NCBI GenBank assembly: GCA_965649825.1
Contig: OZ287707.1
Coordinates: forward strand, 612,292 to 676,291
DNA from: Penicillus capitatus
Lineage: Eukaryota > Plantae > Chlorophyta
Direction: 5' to 3'
Length of the DNA: 64,000 nucleotides
Below, piece by piece: positions 46,698 to 60,795 of the stretch (within the stretch, counting starts at the first letter, position 1; each line of letters opens with the position of its first letter). The notes below the pieces were generated by a model. The model searched no databases and was not told the DNA's origin. It saw nothing but the letters and a program-made list of their open reading frames with translations. The position numbers and the translations under genes were made by a program.

Positions 46698-49200
46698 CTA
46701 TTTTGATCCTGTCTGACTCAGCAGCGACTGCCGAGAGGATGAACTCATGCGAAAAGAGCGCCGTCTGCTCATTGTTAAGACTTGAGCAATGCCCATTTTC
46801 CTGAACACCAGATCTCGGTACTCTTCTTCCGGAATTCCGACCGTCATGCGGATTCTCTCAGAAATGCCCTGGCCCTCGAAATCAAAAGAGTGGTTTTTAA
46901 CCAAGAGAGTGAGATGCACCTCGATTCTGGAGAGGATGTCTGCCTGGATCTGACTTAGTAACAGTTCGAAATCTTCCGAAGCTTTGGTCGCCGAATTTTC
47001 AGTGGTGTGTGCTTGATGCCATATCTTATCGAGATTGGCAGATCGCATCGGGATCACTCTCAGAACGTGAATGTAAGCATACGCGTATTTCTGTGTCAAT
47101 TTTCTCGGCAAGGCCGTCTCCATGATATTGATGATCTCAGCTCGACTCAAGTGCACCCACAGTTTCTTCACTTCCATTTGCTGCATATGAACACAGAGCG
47201 ATCCAAAAAGGCATTCGGTGCAGACGATTACTCTGGAATGCGAATCGATGACCATAGCAATGAGCAGATGGTAGAGGAGAATGCTCATCGTCACCATGTA
47301 GATGCACAGAAAGAAGAGGATCGAGAAAAACTCACCTTTTGTTTCAACAATGTTCCACCCTTGGCACGTTTCATCCTTCAATTTGCATGGATCTTGCCAG
47401 TAACACATATTACGCTCGCAGTACTCCGCATCACTGGATTCACAGTCCTTCAGTGCCTTATCACGATCGGCGTTGTACACTTCGTCTTCTACTGAATGGG
47501 TGCCTTTCGTTTCCCAGTACGTTTCGTTGTACTTCGATTCATTGAAGGAAAATGGCTCAGAGTAGTAATTTGCAACTTCTAGCTCTCCCAGCATCAAAGA
47601 GAACATTGACATGATGCTGTGAATCAGATTGGCAAAATCCTGATGCAAGAGATCGCTGCACACAGAACAACATCTGCCGTGCGCTCACTTCACACTCTGA
47701 TAGACGCTTTCTGAAGAGAATGAAAAGGGCACAGGCGAAGGAATAGACGGTCAGAATCAGCAGGAGCAAATACCATCGAATGCTGCCCACAACTGCCTTC
47801 AATGTATCCAACATCGAACTGTCCACAGCAACAAATGCACTGCAAATAACAGAACCGTTTTGGATAATAGACTGGTCACCGAATCGAGACCGTGCATAGA
47901 ATTGTATCTTGGCGATCAGTAGGACCACTTGCGTTCCAAGCATAATGTCGAATCCACGAGGATGCGCACCACACAGATACACCACAGTGCAGACCACTTG
48001 CATGCACTGTGTCACCATGTCGATCATATTCCACAAATTGAACCACTGCCAAGCCGAGGAACGTATACGACTGATGCATAGATAGGTGAATGGAAACATC
48101 AGTAACTGGGCCAACACGACGAGGATGATATTCAAGTTGCCTCTCTCACCCTGTTCCCACACATCGATCGCATTGTTTTCCAGGTCATTCTCCTGCACTC
48201 GATGACATTTATACAGAATCGAAGCTGCTTAGTGGCTTACTTTGAAATTGAGAGCCAGAACAATGAAGGCCAATACCCAACAGACGTAGAGGAAGAATTG
48301 GACAGCAACGTATTTTCTAGCCCAGTGGTTCCATTTGTAGCTCACCAGTGCACGGACGGTGGCTAATCCCCACACTTCGATCGGACAGGCATTTGCCTCC
48401 CATCTCTTGATGAGTGGATACAGCAGTCCATTCTGACGAATGCCTGCCGCATTGCGTATCGTCACCACAAAGGCTTCGACCTTGACGGACTGGGTTTCGG
48501 TATGCAGCTCAAATTTCTTATCCCCCGCCGTCGTCAGATGCTTCCACCACATTTGCTTCCAATCCGTCAGATGCATCGCATCCTTGCCAATGGTCAATGT
48601 CGTACGTCCCTCAAATTCACGCTTAACCAACCATTCTTCAATTTCCATGTCGCCCAGCAACATGACGCCATGACGGCTGATGACTTGAATGAGTTGCTGA
48701 GGATCGTAATCCTGAAACATCTTCTTCAGGTCGAATCCATCGAGGGACATGGAAGAATCGTCCAGGAGATAAGTGGTGGCATCGTCCATGAGAGCAAAGT
48801 CCTTGAGCTGTGAACCGGCACCTGGGGAATACCACGTGTGACGGGTCGGTTCGATCTTCGGTATTTCGTGTGGCTCAAATTCCTGTTTCGCTGCCATCTT
48901 TGTCCAAACGTCTTCCCAGAAGGCTTAGGAACGCCAAAGCTGATGGGAATGACGGGAAGGAAGGCGTACGACGGAGCCGTCGTGTCGGAGCTGATCGTGA
49001 CGTGACAAGACAGACGAGGCGAGTGGCGGCGACCCACAGCGTCTGGGTTGGAAGTTTGCTTTACATATCCCATCCCTACAGCGATTCTGCATGTGTGCGT
49101 GTCTCCATCGTGCGTACATAAGAAATGCGTTTGATCGGTATTGCAGTGCACATCGAGGAGTCATTTCATCTGTCACTCCTCCATGAGCTCGACTCTCAAC
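46698..49200 (-). CDS. TRP-like cation channel (6-TM ion-transport domain); 5' end uncertain
   Basis: LVSYKWNHWAR pre-S1, WNMIDMV, S4-S5 LLIAKIQFYA, pore SIMSMFSLMLGE and S6 LLYHLLIAMVIDSH. Confidence 0.75.
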
Positions 49201-50632
49201 CACCGCCACCAGGCGTCAGTACCCGGTAGCATATCAGCTGCGTGCGATGATCACAGTCATCGCCACATACAGAAACAGTGTTGGAGAGAAGATGGATAGT
49301 TATCATCGATCGATCGATTGATAGTGGTATCCATGAGCGGTTCATTGGAACGGTGCCCACATCATCCATTGGATGTTGACTGTCAATCTGTCATCATCGC
49401 CATCCGTTGACGAACTGAGACAGAATGCATGACTGAACATCCGGAAAGGCACAGATTACCGAATCTTCCACTCATGAGATCAATGCCGCCAGCTATGAGA
49501 TGAGACCATGAGAAGATCATCGACCCCCACGAACACAAATCTGGAAAACAAGAAGACGGATAACAATTCCACAAATAAACCGCCACCATGCATTCCCCAT
49601 TACATGGAACCATAAAACATGTCATCCTTCTCTGCTGAGCAGATAAATTTGCACGTCAACGGTGGGTTCGTCGTCGTTGTCGTATCCGTACGTACACTCA
49701 TGTCATCGTCCGTCACTATGTCAAACAATCTCGCACTAGTGATCAACAGAGAGACGAAATAGAGAGAGGCCAAAGAAGACAGGAAACAATAGAAACTAAA
49801 AAAGGGTCTTCGACAGATTTTATAATGTAAGTCTATCATCAAAGAACGAAAGAAGCAGGTCAACAGCCATGCATACTGCTATCTCATCAGTACGGCGAGC
49901 AACACAGCAGCAGAAGAAGAATAAGAAGAAAAGTGATCATCTTCGTTATCTCGTCAGTTGTTACACTTTTCTGTCGATGGCTTGGGGGATCGATTGGGTA
50001 CCAACAACTAGCAAGAGGCATGCTTTACGAGACAAAAGAGAATGGTTGGTTAGATGGATGTCCATTCAAAGAATCAGATATTCTGTAAAGCAATTCAACA
50101 GCGCCGTACTTGACACCTTCCCCAGTCAAAGACGACAATCATCCGATCTTCTCCCTTCATCAGACCAGAGCCAATATATAGATAATGCTTTTTTTTGAAG
50201 TTCGAACAGAGATAAGGATTTTATATGTGACCGATTGTCTGTTGGACTAAGTTAATTATTTTTTTTTTGGTTAATAAATCCCTCGATCGGATGTCACTTC
50301 TCACACAAAACTCACGAAGAAGCAACCTTGACACATCTCCGAGACTGACACGCACATTCACATGCTCATCAAATCCTTGCCAAGATTGACCTCCTTACAG
50401 ACAACAACAAACTCGACGTTATGGAGAACGAACAGACACAACAAGTAATACAGGTAAGAGATGCTTTGAATGATATCCATCAATGAATACGATTCTACAC
50501 AATATTTTAAGCACACATACACTAGTTGAATCCTCTACTGTCATATAATGCCATAATGGTTTCGCTATAGGTATGGATTTGCCATTAATTTTCAAAATGG
50601 CTTAGACAGGCTTGTGGGAGAGAGGATGCCAT

Positions 50633-52597
50633 TTAATTGAGAACGGGAGTTCTCATACGACGGATGAATCGTGAAAAGGCCTGCCAATTATCAAACATCA
50701 GGCCGCCCATTCTCAAAAACGTAACTTGCTGGAGACTGCACGACACTGCTTTCTCTCCAAACACGCTTTCTGTAATCCTCGAAAATGCATACTCATCATA
50801 CCTAGACATCCACAGACAGATATAATACATACAGCATCCCTGATGCGTGCACGTGCATACCTTTGAAGGGCGTTTTCGCCTGAAAGTGGAATGTTTGCAC
50901 GCCTGGCACCGGCAATGACCTGTTTCAAGAGGCCCTGTGGGGAGCACATGGATTCTGGTGGATGTTCACAGTCACGCATTTCCACACAGGTAAAGCTCAG
51001 CAGTGCATTGTGCCTCTGGACAACATCCATGATGGGCGCATATCCATCCCGTGTCTCGGTATTGTAATACCCAGCCGTTAGTTCTGCTGCATGCGAACGT
51101 GTCTTAAACCACCAATGCACACCGGCCAGTTTTACGCCCAACGGCACACTGGCGACAAAGTGATGCGTTGAACTGCCGTCATGGTTTTTCTTTGTGGATT
51201 TTAATGTCCTTGGCCGTCCAGTCTTGTTCAAAACTTGATGGATCGCTGTCAGAATTCTATCAGCATGTTGGATCAACATGCTACTGTACCACTGCAGAAA
51301 GAACTGGCCATAGCGCGAGTCAAATGTTCCGCAATGGCAATTGAAGAATCCCGTCTCCCATGACTTTGAATTATAGCAACCGGCGTCGTGTGGCCCACCG
51401 AAACCCCTGAAAATGATCGCCTCAGCTTCAAGGCAGATGCCAAAGCACGGCAACAGACGTACCATTCTTCGTGACCCGCCACCAATGCTGCCCTTCGGAG
51501 AGATGCAAGCATGTAGGAGTCGTAGCACTGAAACTCCCCCACTCCCGGAAACGTCCACCGTCCATCTCCCTCTGGATAGGCCGGATAACGCAGTTCTCCA
51601 GCTGGACCTAATCCAACTGTTATTTCGGTAATGACATCCCCGAACATAGACTGAAATTCATTTGCAAAAGCATCAACAAAATCTCTATAGATATCAACGG
51701 GTGTCCGGCCATGGAAAATGGGCTCTTCGTCGCAGCCCAATGAAAGGTACTCCTCGTTGCGATGTCCCTGTTTGTCTGTATAGAATATATCTGGGTTTTC
51801 ATAACCGATATCTAAAACCCATTTAGGAAGAGGAATCTCACAAGTGTCTCCTACATTGCTACCAGCGGCGTGGAAGGACATGACCGCCTGCAGCTTCAGA
51901 TCAGCTTCGCTTATCATCTGAAATAGCTTTCTGTAAGCTGAAAAGTCATAAATTTTGGGACCGTCGCGTTCAGCAATGCCCCACCAGATATCTACCATCA
52001 CTCCATGCACGCCCGTACGCTTAAAACGGTCCAGGGCTTGACGCAGTTCTTTCTCCTTCAACAACTGTGATTCTGCCTTACCCTGTTTCTCAATCACCGT
52101 CACCGTATCCAATGGCAACATGACATAGACAGGACATCCCGTCGACTCTGGCTGCTTCCAGGGTGCCTCATACCCCAGTCGACGAGGACGCAGCAATCGA
52201 GTGGCATTGCTTTGTAATGAAGGGGCTCCGTTGTTTAACGTTTCTTGCAACCTATAGCATGAATGCATAGGGACATGGTTGGTTCAATTTTGCTAAGAGA
52301 TTACGGATGGATGTCGATGGTCGATTGAAGAATCTTTGTATCGTTCCCGAATGGATCTTGTGCAATGACCGTAGCTCTCATTGTTGTGTGAGGAATCTTC
52401 TCGCGCATAGGCATAGGCGATGTCAAACGCACCGTCTTGCCATTTTGGCATCGCAAGCGTGACGGCCCCCGACTCTGAGCACACACCGCAGCGTCTTTAC
52501 GTAGCACTTGAATCGCAGCGCACTCGACCTGCTCAGGTCGACAGTATTTAGCGTGGATGACTGAAGTGCCTCGCGTCACTAAATGAAAAGAAGGCAT
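50633..52597 (-). CDS. Beta-amylase (GH14), paralog 1
   Basis: PVYVMLPLD, GVMVDIWWG, FHAAGSNVGD, GLGPAGELRYP (catalytic Glu), VKLAGVHWW and SGENAL (catalytic Glu). Confidence 0.95.
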
Positions 52598-52804
52598 CCT
52601 TTCAGGCGCGTTTCCACGTTAGACTGAAAAGAAAGGCAATGGGCCACGCACTCGGGCAAAACTGAGTTGGAGACAGCTGAACGAGGGCGAAACTTGATGC
52701 CTTGATGTCGTACGACGGACAGCGCCCACACAATTCAACGCGTCAGCACGACGTAATCTTGACGCGTAGAAAGACACCCCCACTTCCCTCGAACAAATGC
52801 CAAA

Positions 52805-53481
52805 TTTACATGCACCACTTCACACGCATGTCCCCTTTCATCATTGCATAAACCTCCACGACCTATCGCACAACACATGACTCCTGTGTTTGGCCACGGA
52901 TCGTCGTCATCCCACTTGATCGGCATTCTGAACCCAGACAGGACCGACAGTGACAGACAGGTACTTTCCATTCGAAGAGCTTCGCTGGCTCACACATTCT
53001 AAGTGAACGGGACCCAAGTGCTGTTCCACGACGGAGACCATCGAATCCACAAAATCCGTGCCGCCTGATCCGATCGCTGTGAACATTCGCTGACTCGGAT
53101 ACGAATTCACCTGAGGGCAGTCACATCATTCTGCCCGCCTCCCATAGGACAAACGGCATGTACTTTCTTATCCAGCTCACGCCAACCGGACTCCCCCGTG
53201 GCACCACCCATCACGAGATGTCTCCTGTCATTTACGTGGCCCTGCTTTTTCGCAAACTCTACATTCGTTCACTGGCAGATATGGAGAATCTCACGTGTGA
53301 CTGTCTTACCTGAGAGACGGTGTGTGAAAGCGTCTGCTGGATTCGTGTCATCTTCAGGTTCGGCAGCGAATCCTTTGGCGCGCAGGCGATGCTGTGGACG
53401 TCGTCCCCACGGAGTTCGCAGCACTCCAATCCGCACGACGTTGCCGATCGACGTCATAACGCTGAAGATGACGGGCGACAA
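52805..53481 (-). CDS. DUF493/YbeD-like ACT-fold protein, plastid-type
   Basis: YPSQRMFTAIGSGGTDF...SSSNGKYLSVTVGPVWVQNADQV|VEVYAMMKGDMRVKWCM. Confidence 0.75.
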
Positions 53482-53891
53482 TGATCAGCAATGCCTCAGC
53501 GACACGTTGGCGTGAAGACCACTGCGTTGCGACTACGAGGTCACGTCAAATCGCATTCTCAACAAACGCGCCAGTTTTGTTCGCGAAGCCGACATTCGCG
53601 ATACACGATCGAGTTCTTTGTCCTACTGTCGTCCGCTTATTATTTTCACGACGCTGCTGTATTTGTCCGTCTCCTCCGAGGGCGGCACTTTATGCGAAGA
53701 CGACTAGCGACGTCGCTCGTGGGAAATTGTGGACGTGCTGTGTATGCAAGGGGTTTTTGATGGCGTATCATTCTTTACAAGTTATTAAGAGCAACACCAA
53801 CAGCAGCAGTTTTGAGAGATTCTCTTGTCACCGCCGTCCCTTTCTAATGGTATGTGCTTTCTCGGAATGACAACTGGCAGACGAAGCGACG

Positions 53892-55645
53892 ATGCAGGCA
53901 AGATGTTGTGTGAAGAGCAGTCGGTCCTTTACGAGACGTCGACCGCTTAGAAGACTTAGACCTCGCGTCTACATTGAACGCGCCGAAGCAGACGTGTCAA
54001 GAATGGAACGTATTCGAGCGCCGCCTCACTCTCCTGCCCGTGTTAAGTATCGTCGAGGCAGCCCAACCAATGCCGACCATGTTGAGATCAACAGGCACAT
54101 CACAGCACACGGCAGAGTGAATGGTCCGATGATGTGTGTGTGCCATGCAGATTGTTGCATCAGAGTTTTGAGGAAGTGACGTTTCCCGCTTCAGAGGATG
54201 AGGAATGGGAACCCTCCGCTCGAAACTCTTGTGTTCCGCTACGGCCATCGACTGGTGGTTGTCCTGTTTTTGTCATGTTGCCGTTGGATACTGTATGGAT
54301 AACAACAGAACAAGACAAGTCGTTGTCATTCTTGAGAAAGGAGAAAGCTCTGGAATTGGCGCTGCAGACCTTTAAGCGAGCTGGAGTAGAGGGTGTTATG
54401 GTGGACATCTGGTGGGGTATTGTCGAGCGCAATGGCCCACGTGACTATGATTTTACGGCATATAAGCGTCTGTTTCGGATGATTTCTGATGCTGGGTTGA
54501 AGATCCAGGCTGTTTTGAGTTTTCACGCAGCTGGCAGTAATGTGGGAGATACCTGTAAGATCCCATTGCCTCAGTGGCTGCTGAGTATAGGAGAAGAGAA
54601 TCCGGATATTTTCTACACAGATAAAAACCGATTCCGCAACAAGGAGTGTCTGTCGCTGGGTTGCGATGAGGAGCCAATATTTCACGGCCGTACTGCCGTT
54701 GGAATTTATAAGGAGTTCTCTTCTGCTTTTGTGAATACATTTAGAGGACTGGTGGGAACAGTGATCACTGAAATCACTGTGGGATTGGGACCTGCGGGTG
54801 AACTGCGTTATCCCTCATACCCAGAAGGCGATGGAAGATGGAGGTTCCCAGGTGTGGGCGAATTTCAATGCTATGACAGATATATGTTGAAAAGTTTGAG
54901 TGAAGCTGCTGAACGTATTGGACATCCAGAATGGGGAAGAGGAGGTCCCCATGATGCTGGACACTATAACGCATATGCGTGGGATACAGGCTTCTTCAAA
55001 CACTGGGGCAGATTTCAGAGTGAATACGGCGAATTCTTTCTAAGCTGGTACAGCGATCGACTCATCGAACACGCAGAAAGAGTTCTAGGTGCCATATCTG
55101 AAGTCCTTGGAAAAGCTGGCGAGCGAAAGGCATCGCGATCCATAAGTCGTCCTTATGGAGGCTGCTGGATGCACGAATTCGAATCTGCCTGTCACCTGGG
55201 AGTGAAGTTGGCTGGTGTGCACTGGTGGTTCAACACAAACAGCCATGCTGCGGAATTGACTGCTGGATATTACAACACTCGATTTAGGAATGGATATGAT
55301 AAGATCATTGAGAGTCTGAAGCGCTTTGACGTGCATGTGAGTTTTACTTGTGTGGAGATGCGTGACTGTGATCACCCACCAGAAGCTGCCTGTTCCCCTC
55401 AAAGACTTCTGGCTCAGATCATCGACAGCTGCCACCGCCACAGAGTGCATCTAACTGGAGAGAACGCTCTGCAGAGATATGATCGTTATGCATTTGGACG
55501 AATACTGGAGAGTGCTTTTGGGGAGAACTCAAGAGCAGGCACGCTTGATCAAATCACCTTTCTCAGAATGGCAGATCGTATGTTTGATAACTGGGGAAGC
55601 TTCCAAACATTCTTGGATCAGATGAAGGGCACGCATTTGATGTGA
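53892..55645 (+). CDS. Beta-amylase (GH14), paralog 2
   Basis: Same GH14 motifs, both catalytic Glu present; Arg-rich first exon joined by one intron. Confidence 0.95.
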
Positions 55646-55879
55646 CAGCACATCTCTGCATATCCTCCCTCGATCTCTGATAACATGACAAGGCACCGGG
55701 ATTTATATGTTTACGCGTTCGTTTGTCGAAATAATGTTTTGTGGATGGAAGACTTCCTGTAGGAAATTCTGTGGGTTTGCGAACATACTGTCTCGCTTAG
55801 ATCCTTGGCGGGTTTTGCACCTTATGTCGCATCAGCGAGCCAGCTGATGCCTCACGATCTGCTGTTTTTGCACCGCTTA

Positions 55880-58687
55880 TTCTGTCTCTTTGGTTCTATC
55901 CTTTCATTTTGTGTATTCAGTTTTGAAGAAAGAGAGGAGTTTGAGAGTCGCATCTGCTCAACGTCTGTACGAAGTTCTTTGAGACTGCTGTATCTGGAAT
56001 CTTTCTTCTTTGTAAATTTTGTCGACGTTGATTTGACTTTGAAGATGCCATTAACATTTTCAAGTCATAACGTTACCATAAATGTGAATTGTTTGTGCCA
56101 TCGCAGTCATGACGGCCAGTGTGTACCCATCTATCAACACATGTATCTCTACTCCGTACAGTCTGCACACATTCAATCAATGCTTTCTTTCCGTCCCTAG
56201 CCGAATTGTCAGTCTTCCTCCGAATTGTGGATACCTGTCTGCATTCTTTTTTCCATTCTGTGGGTTTCTGTCGTGCGAACGATCACCATCGCATCTTTTT
56301 GTGGGGTTCTCATACTTAGCTTTCTTCGATCTGATCTATCTTGTGTGTCTAGAATAATGTCAATCTCAATTCCGCTAATGTCATAATGTTGTTTTCTATG
56401 TTCAATGGGCTGCATATGCACATGGTAGTAGGACTGGGGCAATCCTCGATTTTTGTCTGTGGCGAGCTTTGTCCGTACCTTGGTTTTTAACTCAGGTAAT
56501 GTGTGATCGATCTCCGAGCAGAGGCAAAACAGAGAGCTCCTGCCTACTGCATGGCTACAAGTGTCAAATACCTCAACGTTAGCCGTTCAAGAACATCAAC
56601 GCTAGAAACGCCACTTTGAGAGTTTGTCTCTTGTCTGTAACTTCGTTATGTATTGGCAATTGCCGAGTCACACGGAAGCGGAAGCTCGATAGACTGCGCC
56701 TATCGACCGGTTTTGATGCGATGCTTTGTCGTTCGGTACAGATCGGACACCGTTTCCGCCAGCGCTTCGCACTTCGCCTCCACCGTCAAGTGATGATCTC
56801 GCACTTCTTTGTAACACTGTTTTAGCTTCTGATATCGCAGATCGACATTTTTCAACGTCGATTTGCATGCTTCGTAAATCTACACTCGCGCAGAGAATCA
56901 ACGACGAGAACGCATACCCATCTCGCATTCACCTGATTGACGTACACTTCGATTTTGGATGTCTTGCCGTCAGCTTTTCTTCGTGCTTCTTCCGTGGCAC
57001 GTAGAGATTTCTCAATAGCAGTCAGCTGCTTAGATAGATCGAATATCTGTCCAGAAATGAACTTCTCTCGACTCTCGGCTGAAGCGTGACACTGAGTCTG
57101 CTCTTCAGTGATCTGCCGGAATCGTTGTCGCGCACGACGGTGGCGCTTTGTTTGAATGTCACGCACGTCGCTGATCTCTAACCAACATTGATGCGTTTTT
57201 TCCTCGAGTTCATCGACCGCTCGTCTCAGATTTGAGATATCGACATCGTGTCTTGCATTCCGATCTGAATGGATGTCTGTCGTCTCGATGGCAGCTGGCG
57301 AAGCCGATAGAGTCCCGCAGACTGATCCCAGTTCCGAAACGATCTTTCCATCGCTGCATCGGAAAACCGAACGCGCATCGGACGAATCACGCATTCTGTT
57401 CACGATCTCGGTCTTCTGAACACCCGAGTTACGAAACGCATCGTCGATTCTCCATGCACCGGCATCGCGCTTTTCTCGATATCCCCGATCGCCACCGTGC
57501 GATTTCGATTTGTTCGAGTGTGAGGAACGCGGACGACGTTTCTGTTGACAACTAGAGCTCCGAAATGGCTTCTCTTTGAATTGACTCGCGAGTTCCTTGT
57601 AGGCGTCTGTCATATCCTGCACTTTATTGCTGACGAGATCGTAAGATTCCATGAGTCCCTGAAGCCCGAGAATTCAATACTGTCACACTGCACCGCACAT
57701 TTACTTTCATCAGCAGTTCCATCTTCTCGTTGGAGACTTCGGACGCACTCCTGCAGCACAATTCACGACCATTGAGTGCGGTGTTACGCGACAGCGGCGG
57801 CTACCGAATTCGCTCGTTCAATTTAAAGACAGCCGTCGTGATGGCCTTGTCTATTCCTTTGCGCAGCTGTCTGCCAGTGAAGTCCTTGATCTCGTCTGCC
57901 AAGTACTCCAGCCTCTTGTCCTTGTGCATACCGTCCTCACACTGTTTCATCATCTTCTTCAGCAGAGCCATATCTTCCTTGCTCGATGCCAGACCTTCGC
58001 TGCAGTGGCGAGATCATTTTGATCGCTTAGAAGAACCGGTCTGACAGACCTGATGGTTTCGAGGATCGTCTGGAGGGTCGTGTCAGGAGTGACGACGGGT
58101 ATTCGGCCTGAGTCCTTTGCTGTCTTCTCTTTTTGAAGTGTGGAGTGGATTGGCCGGTGCGTTCGGTAAGCGAATTTTTCCAAGAGTTTGTTCGTGCGCT
58201 GTCTTGGCGATCGCACGATTCTGTCGGATACCGATTCACTGCGGCTGCTGCATCTTCCTGCCGTGTCCTTTGCGTTTTCTTTCGTCCTGACATCGTCTTC
58301 CTGTCGCATTCCCATGCGTTCCTGCCGCTGCTTTTTTGCATTTCTCTCCAGCAGCGCCCTGCCTTTTTGATTCGAGTATTCAAAATCGGACGATTCGGAT
58401 GAATCGCAAACGCTGTCGTCGACGGCGTGTTCGTCTTTATGAACAGCGCGACGCTGAAGGTGGTGGGTTCCTGCCGAGGACTGGCCTCTTCGACACTGCT
58501 GCTGCTGCTTTATCCACATGGGATCTGTCGCATTCGCAAGGTCATCGCTGCTCTCGTCAGATGCGCTCGACATTTTCTTGACGTCATCCATTAAGGCAGT
58601 CGTTTCCTGTGGTTTGCTACAAAACAGATGCGGCCATTTGTCTGGTACTTCGCGCTGCGAAAAGAGATCGTCGTCTATCGAATACAT
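55880..58687 (-). CDS. Uncharacterised coiled-coil protein; multi-exon, boundaries approximate
   Basis: Consecutive minus-strand ORFs (57959-58687, ~57780-57965, 56852-57652, 56668-56928) have charged heptad-like composition and are separated by GT-AG sites. Confidence 0.45.
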
Positions 58688-58759
58688 TGTAGCTGTCTAC
58701 GAAAACGACGTCGCCGTCGCCGTAGACGTCAATTTCAGATCACACATCGCAGTAATATT

Positions 58760-59644
58760 TCAGTCGTTCTTAAGGCGTTGCGGTGCAGATGTCTCCGGAG
58801 CAACGATATCTGGTGTGCGTTTCTCCTCCACGTAACTGCGACAACAGAAGGCCGCTGCGACAAATACGAAGAACAGAGACCCATCCAGAATGGCTTCCCA
58901 AACTGTCAAAACGATCCTCAGATGATCTGCCAAACGCAACAACCATCTCAACAAGGACGAGGGAGAAGACACATGCTTGCTTGCCTGTATTTTCCATAAA
59001 ACCGACAGCTAAGACATGTGAGAGCAGATGTGGATAGAGTTCCGCCTTTGGATACTTAACGTGATACCAGAAACGAATAAGCATTTGCTAAAGGAACACA
59101 CATCCCGGTAATAAAGCTCATCGTTGTTTAGCAGGGAGGTGACCTCAGCTGTGAGAAAAGTCAGAAGAACGCCGTAGGTTTTCACAAAGACCATCCGTTC
59201 AGTTCGCTGACCGATCGCCGCTGGACACATTCGCTGTCATTACGGCAGAAGGCAGACAGCATACCTAGTCGATAGGCAATAATTGCCAAGACCTCGAGAC
59301 AGATCAAGATAATGGCTTGGTAAGGATAAGGGCCGTTGATAATGGTGGGAACAGCACACCACAATGCAAGGAGCGCCATGAGGGGCACCTGTAGACATTC
59401 CTTATGCCACAACAGAGTTTTCGTACCGTCGGCTCTCACATGGCAGTAGAAGAGGATTCTGGTGTATTTCTTCAGCACCGCAATGCGTTTGTATTTGTTT
59501 TCGATGATCATTCGAAACGCATGGTCAGAGCCATCCGTCCCTTCCTGCACAGCATGGTTCGCTGGATCGTGAGGGGGTGTTTCGATGGCGTGTTACGGGT
59601 CTGGGTCCACGGACAAGTTGTGTGGATTGTTCACGGTTTGGCAT
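58760..59644 (-). CDS. Jagunal (JAGN1)-like ER membrane protein
   Basis: Spliced N-terminus GPRP|EGTDGSDHAFRMIIENKYKRIA matches the jagunal GTDGSD motif; TM segments follow. Confidence 0.75.
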
Positions 59645-59709
59645 TGGAATGGCGACAACATGAATACAGAGATGCGTTTGATGCGCATTTTCACATCGTT
59701 CCGTTTTGA

Positions 59710-60750
59710 ATGCATATCTTTCAGCTCAGACCATCTGCTGCACAGCGATGCTTCTCTGGGCGACATGGCGCTGATCGCGCACTGAAGATGCGTCCTATGA
59801 CACATCGCCTACGCCGTTGCTGGACGCGCTGTTCGGCGGCGCCTGATCCTGAACAGCTCAAAAAAATACAAGAAACGGTCGATGCTGCAATGAAAGAAAA
59901 TCCACAAGTGACAGACACATCTCACTCCGTTGTCCGTTTGTTTCGATTTTTGTGATAAAGTTCCGGGATAAGATGAACCAAATGCAAGAAGCGATGAAAG
60001 ACCCTCGAGTACAGCAGCAGGTGAAGGAGACCGTTGCTTACATGCAGAGTGCAGAAGTGAGTGCTGCCAAACACATAACGACTGGCGAAACAGATACTCA
60101 TTCAGCCTACTCTTTAGGCCAAAGCACGGATTCAGGCGTTGCGAGACGATCCAGAACTGAAAGAAAAATTCGACGCCATTGAGAAAGGGGGCGTCGGTGC
60201 CATGATGAAGGTGATGGGCGATGTCAAGTTCCTTGAGAAAGTTGGGCGTGCCGTGGGACCTCCGCCAGGGATGGGTACCACTCAACCGCCGGCAGAGAGC
60301 GCACCTGTAGATACAACGCCACAGAGCGATCCCGTGGACGACCTCCAGATGCCCGAAATCAACACCCTGCTGGATGCAGCAAAATACGGCGATATCGAAG
60401 CGGTGGAAGATTTCTTGGCGATCGGCAAGGATCCAAACCTCGTCGATGAATTCAATCGCAGTCCACTGCACTTTGCTGTATCGATTCAGCATATGGAGAT
60501 TATCGATACTCTCCTCACGGCCGGTGCAAACATTGAAATCCGCGATTCCAAAGACAACACGCCATTACATTATGCAGCCGGTTATGGGCAAACGAAGGCG
60601 CTGAGACGGTTGCTTGAGGCTGGAGCAGATGGTTCTGTGAGAAATCAGAACGGGAAGACACCGGCAGACGTAGCCAAACTGAGTGATCAGAATCCAGTCC
60701 TGCAGGAGGAAGATCTCATGGGTCAGTTAAACAAAATGGCATCTGTCTAA
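59710..60750 (+). CDS. STI1-like plus ankyrin-repeat protein (AKR2-like)
   Basis: LRDDPELKEKFDAIEKGGVGAMMKVMGD followed by ankyrin repeats (RSPLHFA, NTPLHYAAGYG, KTPADVA). Confidence 0.85.
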
Positions 60751-60795
60751 AAGACATGACCGCGGCGTCTGAGAACTTATTTTGCGAACGAGAGT

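Noticed and set aside
55805-56200. 131-aa hydrophobic plus-strand ORF
   Set aside because: It reads as the antisense of Lys/Glu-rich minus-strand coding sequence.
59809-60492. 227-aa minus-strand ORF
   Set aside because: It is antisense to the AKR2-like gene.
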